A DNA stretch of 64,000 bases from Pirellulales bacterium (GTDB taxonomy: Bacteria > Planctomycetota > Planctomycetia > Pirellulales > UBA1268). The stretch spans positions 2,395-66,394 of the forward strand of contig JBILVO010000005.1 of assembly GCA_044370415.1 (NCBI GenBank). The letters are read 5' to 3'. The position numbers were made by a program, and so were the translations under genes. Under the pieces are notes generated by a model that saw only the letters and a program-made list of their open reading frames with translations, did not search any database and had not been told where the DNA came from. This document shows, piece after piece, positions 26,408 to 33,832 of the stretch; within the stretch, counting starts at the first letter, position 1, and each line of letters begins with the position of its first letter.

Positions 26408-27922
26408 CTAGCAGCCCTTCTTGCAGCCGAGTCCGTGGCCGAGAAGACCGCCCTTGCCGCCGTTTCCGCGGCCGGCACCCGCGCCGTTGCCGCAGGCATC
26501 GCACGCCGGGACCTCTTCCTCGACGCACTTGCGGACCTGGACGCAGACCGACTTCGTGACCTTCTTGGGCACGCGGACGACGTACGACTCGGTCTTCGTC
26601 TCCGAGACGTTGTCGCTGCAGCACACGCTGTAGGTGGCGGTCTTCTGGACCGGCACCATCACCGTGTAGCAGACGTCCTTCGTCCGGCACTCAGGCACGC
26701 ACTTGTTCACCGTGTACTCGCGGGTGCGAGTCTCGGTGCGGCACTTCTTGACGCAGACCGTGCGGGTCCGGGTCTCCGGCACCATCTTCGTGACGCAGTA
26801 GGTCGCAGTCCGCTCCTCGCAGCGCGACTTCTTCACGCAGATCGTCCGGGTCCGGCACTCCGGCACCATCTTGGTGACGCAGTAGTTGCGGGTCCGCTCC
26901 TCGCAGCGGTGCAGCGTGACGCAGTAGTTCCGCGTCCGCTCCTCGCAGCGGGTCCGGTTCACGCACACCGTCCGCGTCCGCTGCTCGCAGCGGCTCTTGT
27001 TCACGCAGTAGGTGAAGGGCACCTGCTCGCACTCGACCTTCCACATCGTGACCTCGATCTCCTTGGTCTCGCACGTGGGGACCCAGCGACGGCAGCAGAC
27101 GACCTTCGGGCAGCAGGGATTGCCGTCGGCGTCATACTTGCCGTTCGCGGAAATCTCCTTCGCCTCGGTCACCCAGTGGCCGCCACGGCAGGTCACGGTC
27201 TTCGTGCTCTTGACGGGCACGCGCTTCGACACCGTGCGGGAGCCGGTCATCTGCTCGGTGTAGGGCACCCGCACCGTGTAGGTCTGCTCGACCTGCTCGG
27301 TGTAGGGCACGTTCACCTTGTAGGTGGCCGTCCGCTGCTCGGTGTAGGGAACGCTCACCTTGTAGGTGGCCGTCCGCTGCTCCGTCACCGGCACCATCAC
27401 CGAGTAGGACTGCTCGACCTGCTCGGTGTAGGGGACGTTCACCTTGTAGGTGGCCGTCCGCTGCTCCTTCACCGGGACGCAGACCGTGTAGGAATCCTCA
27501 CGCTGCTCGGTGTAGGGGATGGACACGTTGTAGGTGGCCGTCCGCGTCTCCGGCACGTTGACGTTGACGGTGTAGTTGACCGACTTGGTCCGCTGCTCCG
27601 GCACCATCACCGTGTAGTTCCGCGTCCGCTCCTCGATCCGCGGGACCTTCTTGGTGACGGTGAAGGACCGCTCGCGCACCTCGGTCGTCCACTCCGTGCT
27701 CTCCACCTCCCGGATCTCCGGGACCATCTTCCACACCTTCACCGTCTTCATGCAGGCGTCGGCGGCGGCATCCTCCGCCACCGCGCCAGCGGCCGGAGCA
27801 GCGGCGGCGGCTTCGCCACCGACGAGCACCGAGCCCTCCTCGCTGCGGGCAAACGAGCCACCCAGGCACACGCCGGCGGCAGCCACCCACGGCAGGAAGC
27901 CAAAAGTCAATCGCTTCTTCAC
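26408..27922 (-). CDS. Secreted YTV-repeat protein (planctomycete-specific repeat) with a Cys-rich C-terminal half
   Basis: ORF 26408..28276 trimmed to GTG 27922, with GGAGG 5 nt upstream. Signal VKKRLTFGFLPWVAAAGVCLGGSFA. It has many 14-residue units such as VPYTEQRTATYKVN and RCEERTRNYCVTKM. The C-terminus is CDACGNGAGAGRGNGGKGG..GCKKGC. Confidence 0.8.
   Translation of the reverse strand: MKKRLTFGFLPWVAAAGVCLGGSFARSEEGSVLVGGEAAAAAPAAGAVAEDAAADACMKTVKVWKMVPEIREVESTEWTTEVRERSFTVTKKVPRIEERTRNYTVMVPEQRTKSVNYTVNVNVPETRTATYNVSIPYTEQREDSYTVCVPVKEQRTATYKVNVPYTEQVEQSYSVMVPVTEQRTATYKVSVPYTEQRTATYKVNVPYTEQVEQTYTVRVPYTEQMTGSRTVSKRVPVKSTKTVTCRGGHWVTEAKEISANGKYDADGNPCCPKVVCCRRWVPTCETKEIEVTMWKVECEQVPFTYCVNKSRCEQRTRTVCVNRTRCEERTRNYCVTLHRCEERTRNYCVTKMVPECRTRTICVKKSRCEERTATYCVTKMVPETRTRTVCVKKCRTETRTREYTVNKCVPECRTKDVCYTVMVPVQKTATYSVCCSDNVSETKTESYVVRVPKKVTKSVCVQVRKCVEEEVPACDACGNGAGAGRGNGGKGGLLGHGLGCKKGC
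26627..27670 (-). repeat. Coding tandem repeats, 42-bp (14-codon) period, inside the YTV-repeat gene
   Basis: Type A units (roughly 27209-27670) have the consensus VPYTEQ(RTAT/VEQS)Y.V. Type B units (roughly 26627-27037) have Cys substituted into the same register (C....RCEERTR.YCV). Several adjacent DNA units are near-identical. Confidence 0.8.
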
Positions 27923-28155
27923 AGGAACCTCCAGAGGAATAAAAACACGCAAAACGTTTCGCGAAACACGTCCTTCCGGACATCGCGAGGCAGCCACCCC
28001 CAGTGGTGGCGTCCGCGGCGATGCGGCCCGGCCGAGCCGCCCCCTGCAAACCCCTCGCGATCCGCGGAGCCGTACGTGGTGATGCTCCGCGACCGCCAGG
28101 GTTTGCGCGACGGGCAAACTCACAGCAGAAGATCGAGTTTTCCCAGTCGAAAAAC

Positions 28156-28347
28156 TCAGCCGCGCCGCGATTCGTCGGGTGGCGCCGGTGGTGCCGGTGG
28201 TGCCGGCGGCTGCGGGCAGGATGAGGACGGGCCCATCGGCCCGCCCTCGCAGCAGGTCTCGAGGATCATCCCGCACTGGCGGCAGACGAGCTTCGCCCGG
28301 ATCTCGAAGGTCGGGCCCGAACAGACGGGGCAGCGGGAGGGCGTCAT
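28156..28347 (-). CDS. Small zinc-ribbon protein (63 aa) with a Pro-rich tail
   Basis: MTPSRCPVCSGPTFEIRAKLVCRQCGMILETCCEGG...PPAPPAPPAPP. The CPxC...CxxC pairs form a zinc-ribbon pattern. GC3 is very high, as in neighbouring genes. It starts 40 nt downstream of the lutC stop on the same strand. Confidence 0.55.
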   Translation of the reverse strand: MTPSRCPVCSGPTFEIRAKLVCRQCGMILETCCEGGPMGPSSSCPQPPAPPAPPAPPDESRRG

Positions 28348-28387
28348 GTGGCGGGATGCTCCGTCACCGGATGATCGAGCAGGCCCC

Positions 28388-29173
28388 TCATCCCACGAGC
28401 ACGACGAGGAGTTCCTTGGGCCCGTGCGCCCCGAGCACGAGGATCCGCTCGATGTCGCCGGTGCGACTGGGCCCGGTGATGAAGGAGAGCATGCTCGGCA
28501 GGTGGCCGCCGTGCCGCTGCTTCGCGGCGTGCAGACCGTCGGCGAGCGTGCCGACGACCTGGTCGACCGTGGCGACGACGACGTGCACGTGCGGCAGGAT
28601 CGAGATCGCCCGGCCGCCGCAGGTGCGGCTGGAGACGAGGATCGAGCCCGTCTGTGCGACGAGCGTCTCGCACGACGTGATGCCCGCGTCGCACGACTCG
28701 AGGACGTTCTTGTCGAAATCGGCCGGGCCGACCAGATGGGTTTCGCAGGGCAGCGCCGCGGCGACGGGAGCGACGAGCGGATGGGCATGCCAGGCCACCC
28801 GTCGCCACGCCCGCTCGTGGGCCAGCGCGGCGACGGCGCCGGCTGCCGCCGCCGGATCGGCCACCCGCAGCACCTGTGCCCGCAGCGCCGCGAGGTTTTT
28901 CACGAGCAGATCGAGGCTGGCCTCGGGTGTCTCGCCGCCGTCAGGCAGCCAGGGCCGAGCGATCTGCTCGGGCAGGACGGTGAGCGTGGGGAGGCTCCCG
29001 GCCCGCGGCCCGCTGGCGTGCTGCGGGTCAGCCGCCCCGTGCGCTGGCGCCGCCCCGTGCGCTGGCGCGTCGTCGTCGAGGAGCCCGTGCGGCAGCGGCG
29101 CCGGCACCCGCAGGGCCTCGCGCACCCGCGCCAGGATCGTCTCCCGCGCAGATGTCGACTGGTCCTGCTTCAT
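28388..29173 (-). CDS. lutC: Lactate utilization protein C (LutC/YkgG family)
   Basis: The N-terminus is ARETILARVREAL. The C-terminal GITSCETLVAQTGSILV...GGRAISILPHVHVVV...ITGPSRTGDIE pattern is typical of LutC. Confidence 0.8.
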   Translation of the reverse strand: MKQDQSTSARETILARVREALRVPAPLPHGLLDDDAPAHGAAPAHGAADPQHASGPRAGSLPTLTVLPEQIARPWLPDGGETPEASLDLLVKNLAALRAQVLRVADPAAAAGAVAALAHERAWRRVAWHAHPLVAPVAAALPCETHLVGPADFDKNVLESCDAGITSCETLVAQTGSILVSSRTCGGRAISILPHVHVVVATVDQVVGTLADGLHAAKQRHGGHLPSMLSFITGPSRTGDIERILVLGAHGPKELLVVLVG

Positions 29174-29234
29174 GGTCTGTCCTCATGGTCTGGTGCACGA
29201 TGGTCTGGTGCACGGTTCATGGTCTGACGCACGG
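29171..29234. repeat. Four direct copies of (C)ATGGTCTG, three extended to ATGGTCTG(G/A)(T/C)GCACGG, at the lutB-lutC junction
   Basis: Copies start at 29172, 29185, 29200 and 29219, with spacings of 13, 15 and 19 bp. The first copy contains the lutC start codon on the minus strand. Confidence 0.75.
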
Positions 29235-29285
29235 TGCGTGCGGGTCGCGACGCCGGATGGCGGGAGTGCGGGACGTGTTCGCGGC

Positions 29286-30755
29286 TCACGGAGTTCGGTC
29301 AAGCCGGGCAGCCTGGCTGCGCCGCTGGCGTTCGTTCCAGCGCGACCGGAAGCTGTGCTGTGGTGCCGCCGGCAGATCACGCGTCGCCAGCCACGACCGC
29401 AGCAGGGGCGGCCGGAGCAGTCGCAACAGTGGCAGACAGCGGCGGAAGATGCCCCCGCCCGCCGCAAAGAGCCACGGGCGGCTGGCGACCGCCACGAAGA
29501 ACCGGTGGCCGAGCCGCTCCCAGGCGTTGGGGGCGGTGCGGGCCGCGTTGCGGCGGTTGTGGAGCAGGTGATGGTGGATGTCGATCCGCACCGGACAGGC
29601 ATCGCTGCAGGCTCCGCAGAGCGAACTGGCCGCCGAGAGGTGGTTCCACTCCGGCAGCCCCCGCAGGTGCGGCGTGATCACGGAGCCGATCGGCCCCTGG
29701 TAGGTCGTGCCGTAGGTGAAGCCCCCCACGTTCTTGAAGATGGGGCAGACGTTGAGGCAGGCCCCGCAGCGGATGCAGTGCAGACTGTCTCGCTGCTCGG
29801 GATCGGCCAGCAGGGCCGTCCGCTCGTTGTCCAGGAGCACCAGGTGCATCTCGTCGGGGCCATCGGCCTCGCCGTCCCGCCGCGGCCCCGAGTAGAGCGT
29901 GTTGTAGCAGGTCATGGGCTGCCCCGCCCCCGCCGTCGCCAGCATCGGCAGGAGCACGGCGAGGTCGTCGAGCCGCTCCACCACCTTCTCGATGCCGGCG
30001 ATGGCGATGTGGACGCGGGGCAGCGCCGCCGTCAGGCGGGCGTTGCCCTCGTTCTCAGTGATCGAGATCTGGCCGGTCTCGGCGACGAGGAAGTTGGCGC
30101 CGGTGATGCCAACGTCGGCGTCGACGTAGAGCCGGCGCATGTGCCGGCGGGCGATCATCGTCAGCTCCTCCGGGCTGTCGGTCGGCGGCGTGCCGAGGTG
30201 CCTGCCGAAGAGATCGCTGATCTCGTCGCGGCGGACGTGCATGCAGGGGAAGACGAAGTGGTAGGGCGGCTCGCCGCGGAGCTGCTGGATGAACTCGCCG
30301 AGATCGCTCTCCACGACACCGTAGCCGTCGGCCTCCATCGCCGCGTTGAGGTGGATCTCCTCGCTGGTCATGCACTTGCTCTTGATGACGGCCTTTGCCT
30401 GGGCGGCTCGCAGCAGGTCGAGCACGATCCGCCGTGCCTCCTCCGCGTTCCGCGCCCAGTGCACGCGGCCGCCATTGGCCTCGAAGGCGGCGACGAACCG
30501 GGGCAGCAGCTCGTCGAGCCGGTTGACGGCCGACCACTTGGCCAGCGCCGCCGCGTCGCGGGCGTGCTCCCAGTCGCGGTAGCGGGCCTTTTGCAGGTCG
30601 CGGCTGGCGTAGTAGCCGCCGAGGGCCTTGCGGACGAAAGCCCGATGCTGCGTGTCGCGGACGTGCGCCGCCGCGTCGCGCAGAAAACGTTTTTTCGCCA
30701 GCCTGGGCTGGTCGGCCTCGCGGTCGGACGTGTGGATGGCCGTCATACCCTCCAT
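29286..30755 (-). CDS. lutB: Lactate utilization iron-sulfur protein B (LutB/YkgF family)
   Basis: It has two ferredoxin-type clusters, CIRCGACLNVCP and CGACSDACP, and the YkgF-type N-terminal region KSKCMTSEEIHLN. Start is Met 30755 or 30746. Confidence 0.85.
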   Translation of the reverse strand: MEGMTAIHTSDREADQPRLAKKRFLRDAAAHVRDTQHRAFVRKALGGYYASRDLQKARYRDWEHARDAAALAKWSAVNRLDELLPRFVAAFEANGGRVHWARNAEEARRIVLDLLRAAQAKAVIKSKCMTSEEIHLNAAMEADGYGVVESDLGEFIQQLRGEPPYHFVFPCMHVRRDEISDLFGRHLGTPPTDSPEELTMIARRHMRRLYVDADVGITGANFLVAETGQISITENEGNARLTAALPRVHIAIAGIEKVVERLDDLAVLLPMLATAGAGQPMTCYNTLYSGPRRDGEADGPDEMHLVLLDNERTALLADPEQRDSLHCIRCGACLNVCPIFKNVGGFTYGTTYQGPIGSVITPHLRGLPEWNHLSAASSLCGACSDACPVRIDIHHHLLHNRRNAARTAPNAWERLGHRFFVAVASRPWLFAAGGGIFRRCLPLLRLLRPPLLRSWLATRDLPAAPQHSFRSRWNERQRRSQAARLDRTP

Positions 30756-30921
30756 GGTAGCCGACCGCGGCGGCCTGAGGCGGGCCGCGCCTCCCCGCCC
30801 GACGAGACCCACGCGCCGCGCGCACGGCGTCGTGAAAAACCCGTTTCGCGTGGATTTCCGGGCCCGTGGGTGGTAAAAAAGGGGTCGCATTCTGTCGAGT
30901 TCCCCTCACATCGCCTCCGGC

Positions 30922-30964
30922 GCTGGTTCTCGAGGTGCTGGTTCTCGAGACGGTGGGTCTCGAG
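30922..30964. promoter_or_regulatory. Three 15-bp-phased direct repeats, G(C/G)TGG(T/G)TCTCGAG, each ending in the CTCGAG palindrome; candidate operator in a divergent promoter region
   Basis: GCTGGTTCTCGAG at 30922-30934 and at 30937-30949, and GGTGGGTCTCGAG at 30952-30964. They lie between lutB (start 30755, minus) and the ATPase gene (start 31001, plus). Confidence 0.45.
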
Positions 30965-31000
30965 GCAGGCGGCGATGCGGACGGGAGCGAGGTGACGCGT

Positions 31001-32644
31001 ATGCTGTCGGCGGCAGCGATCGACCGCTTGGTGTGGCTGGGCGGCGCCTGGATCGTTCTGGCTGTCGCGTGGGCCGCATTCTGCGTCTGGGTCGAGCAGG
31101 ACGCCGCGGAGATCATCGGCGAGCCCCTCCCGTGGACGCTGGGCTCCGTCGTGGCTGGCGCCCTCTTGTTCCTGGTGACCTACCAGTACGGGCTCGGCTA
31201 TCTGCCGCTGTTTCTGGTCGTGCTGCCCGCGGCCGCGCTGGGCTACGTCGTCTACCGCGACAGCCAGGCGCCCTCGACCCGCACGATCCTGAGCCGGCGG
31301 TTTGCCAGGGGACTGGTGCTGGCGGCCGCCAGGAAGATCGGCGTTGAGGAGGCGGTGATGGCCTGGTTCCGCGCCGACCACGGCCCGTCGGGGGGGCACG
31401 CCGACACCGGCGTCATCCTGCTGAAGAAGGACGGCAGCCTCGTCGACGGGCAGAGCGGCAAGAATCTGGATCGCGAGACCTCCCGGGCGGTGAAGACCGT
31501 CCAGCAGATCCTCGAGAAGGCGATCGAGATGCGGGCGACCGACGTGCACCTCGAGCCCAAGGCGGGCGAGGAGGTGCAGGTGCGGTGCCGGATCGACGGG
31601 ATCATGCAGAACATCGCCACGCTCCAGGGCGCCAGCGGCAAGGCGGCCATCTCGGCGATCAAGGTCTGCGCCGACATGGACATCGCGGAGCGGCGTCGGC
31701 CGCAGGACGGCGCGTTCGCCGTGCTCAAGCAGACGAAGAAATTCGACGTGCGTGCGGCGACCGGGCCGACCAACTTCGGTGAGAAGATGGTGCTGCGTCT
31801 GCTCGACGCGGACGGCGGCGTGCTCAAGGCCGGCCTGGTGTCGCTGGGCATGCGCGAGTCGATGCTCAAGTCGCTGCAGTCGATCATCCACCAGCCGCAC
31901 GGCATGCTGATCGTGTGCGGCCCGACCGGCTCCGGCAAGACGACGACGCTCTACGTGGCCCTGGGGGAGATCGACGTGCTCTCCCGGAACATCGTCACGA
32001 TCGAGGACCCGATCGAGTACCGCCTGGAGAACATCTCGCAGACTGCGGTGAACCCCGCCGCGGACCTGACGTTCGCCAAGATCCTCCGCTCCGTCCTGCG
32101 GCAGGATCCGGACGTGATCCTCGTCGGCGAGATCCGCGACAAGGAGACGGCCGAGATCGCCATGCAGGCCGCCCTGACGGGCCACTTCGTGTTCACGACG
32201 CTGCATGCCAACGACACCGCCACGACCGTCACGCGGCTGCTCGACATCGGCATCGAGACGTCGCTCATCCAGTCCGCGGTGACGGCCGTGCTGGCGCAGC
32301 GTCTCGTGCGGGTGCTCTGCCCGAAGTGCAAGGAGCCCTACCCCGCCCCGGACGACTTCCGGCAGAAGGTCGGCGCGCCTCCCGACAAGGAGATCACCAT
32401 CTACCGCGAAAAGGAGAAGGGCTGCCCCGCCTGCCACGGCACGGGGTACAAGGGTCGGACCGGAGTGCACGAGCTGCTCGTCTTCAACAACGAGATCCGC
32501 GAACTGCTCGTCGGCCACCCGTCGATCCAGGCGATCCGCAATGCCGCACGCAAGGCCGGCATGCGGACGCTCCAGGAATCCGGCATGGCCAAGGTGCTGG
32601 CCGGCGTCACGAGCCTCAACGAGATCGTGCGGGTGACGAAGTGA
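31001..32644 (+). CDS. PilB/GspE-type secretion ATPase with an N-terminal three-helix transmembrane domain
   Basis: It has Walker A CGPTGSGKTTT, Walker B DPDVILVGEIRD, the His box TGHFVFTTLHAN, and the tetracysteine CPKC...CPAC. The N-terminus has LVWLGGAWIVLAVAWAAFCVWV, LGSVVAGALLFLVTYQYGLGYL and PLFLVVLPAAALGYVVY in place of the usual soluble N1E domain. Start is Met 31001 (GGGAGCGAGG upstream) or GTG 30866. Confidence 0.85.
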   Translation: MLSAAAIDRLVWLGGAWIVLAVAWAAFCVWVEQDAAEIIGEPLPWTLGSVVAGALLFLVTYQYGLGYLPLFLVVLPAAALGYVVYRDSQAPSTRTILSRRFARGLVLAAARKIGVEEAVMAWFRADHGPSGGHADTGVILLKKDGSLVDGQSGKNLDRETSRAVKTVQQILEKAIEMRATDVHLEPKAGEEVQVRCRIDGIMQNIATLQGASGKAAISAIKVCADMDIAERRRPQDGAFAVLKQTKKFDVRAATGPTNFGEKMVLRLLDADGGVLKAGLVSLGMRESMLKSLQSIIHQPHGMLIVCGPTGSGKTTTLYVALGEIDVLSRNIVTIEDPIEYRLENISQTAVNPAADLTFAKILRSVLRQDPDVILVGEIRDKETAEIAMQAALTGHFVFTTLHANDTATTVTRLLDIGIETSLIQSAVTAVLAQRLVRVLCPKCKEPYPAPDDFRQKVGAPPDKEITIYREKEKGCPACHGTGYKGRTGVHELLVFNNEIRELLVGHPSIQAIRNAARKAGMRTLQESGMAKVLAGVTSLNEIVRVTK

Positions 32645-32672
32645 GCCCCATCCCGATGACGGCGAGGCGCGC

Positions 32673-33818
32673 ATGCTGATGCTGGCGGCGATCGGACTGC
32701 TGCAGCGGTTCGGCGACATGATCGTCGTCGGGCTCGTGCTCGCCCTGATCGCGTATGGGTACCACTTCGGCCTCTTTCTGGCGGTGCTCGCCGGGATGCA
32801 CGTGCTGGTGTCGATCGTGGTGGCACTGGCCTTCGCGGAGCCGCTCGCCGGGCTGCTCTCTGGCATGGAGGTGCCCGCGGCCTATGCCCTCCCCGCGGCC
32901 TTCGGGATGCTGTTGGTGGGCACGGCAGTGGCCATCCGGCTCGCCGTCGGGGGATTCGTGCCGGCCGATCGGGTGCGATTCACGCCCACGATCGACAAGG
33001 TGGGCGGCGGGCTCATGGGAGCCCTGGCGGGGCTCGTGCTGGCCGGTGCCGTCCTCATCGCTTTTTCGGTCCTGCCCCTGCCTGAGACGTTGCGGATCGA
33101 CGGCCCCAGGCTGCGGTTCGACGTGGGCACCAGGCTGCTCGGCACGTTCGCCCGCTGCGTTGGCCAGAACGAGGACGCACAGGACCTGCTGCTCGTGGGC
33201 GAGCCGCCGGACGCGAAGGCCCCCCCGGGCAGCCCCTCGTGCAGCGAGCTGTTTGCCGACAGAAACGCCAACGACGAGTTCGACGACGGCGAGCCCTACC
33301 TCGATGCGGACGGCAACGGATCCTTCACGATCCAGCTGCCCTACGTCGACAAGAACGGCAACGGCCGACGGGAGGTCGGCCTGGTCGAGCGGTATCGGCT
33401 GGGGGCCTGGCGCAACGCCACGGTGTTCTACGCGCCGGCGATCGATTCCGCGGACACGGCGGACGTGCCGGCGGAGGTGACGGAGGGCGACGTGGTCTAC
33501 CAGATCGTGGCGATCGACCTCGATCCGAACGAGACGTTCACCTATGGCATGCGGATGGGTCAGCAGCCGCCGGCAGCCGGCGCGCAGAAGGGCGAGCCTG
33601 CCGACGACTACCAGGAGAACGATCTTCTGTCGATCGACAAGGCGACGGGAGCCGTCAAGATGGCCGACGCGCACGGCTTCACCACCCGCAAGGCGAAGGA
33701 GCTGCGGATCGTGGTGATGGTGACCGACCGTCACGGACTGAAGGCGGAGAAGCCGGTCACACTGAAGCGGAAGCCGCCGAAAACGGACGCCGGGCGGCCC
33801 GCGTCGGGCAAGCCCTGA
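32673..33818 (+). CDS. CvpA-like four-TM membrane protein with a C-terminal Ca-binding-like and cadherin-like extracytoplasmic region
   Basis: The N-terminal ~140 aa are four hydrophobic helices with IDKVGGGLMGALAGLVLAGAVL, which matches the CvpA DRxLGxxFGxxRG block. Next come DRNANDEFDDGEPYLDADGNGSF (Asp-rich loops) and VYQIVAIDLDPNETFTY...LSIDKATGAV...RIVVMVTDRHG (cadherin-like). Confidence 0.7.
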   Translation: MLMLAAIGLLQRFGDMIVVGLVLALIAYGYHFGLFLAVLAGMHVLVSIVVALAFAEPLAGLLSGMEVPAAYALPAAFGMLLVGTAVAIRLAVGGFVPADRVRFTPTIDKVGGGLMGALAGLVLAGAVLIAFSVLPLPETLRIDGPRLRFDVGTRLLGTFARCVGQNEDAQDLLLVGEPPDAKAPPGSPSCSELFADRNANDEFDDGEPYLDADGNGSFTIQLPYVDKNGNGRREVGLVERYRLGAWRNATVFYAPAIDSADTADVPAEVTEGDVVYQIVAIDLDPNETFTYGMRMGQQPPAAGAQKGEPADDYQENDLLSIDKATGAVKMADAHGFTTRKAKELRIVVMVTDRHGLKAEKPVTLKRKPPKTDAGRPASGKP

Positions 33819-33832
33819 GACGCCCCCGCTCC

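Noticed and set aside
26627-27670. Regular short tandem repeats that could be mistaken for a CRISPR array or minisatellite.
   Set aside because: The repeats are in frame with a 42-bp period and have no unique spacers. They lie inside a continuous ORF with a signal peptide, so they are coding YTV repeats.
30756-33832. The possibility that the ATPase/CvpA-like insert is a mobile element.
   Set aside because: I could not see a transposase, integrase, terminal inverted repeats, target-site duplication or an adjacent tRNA. The composition matches the surrounding genome.
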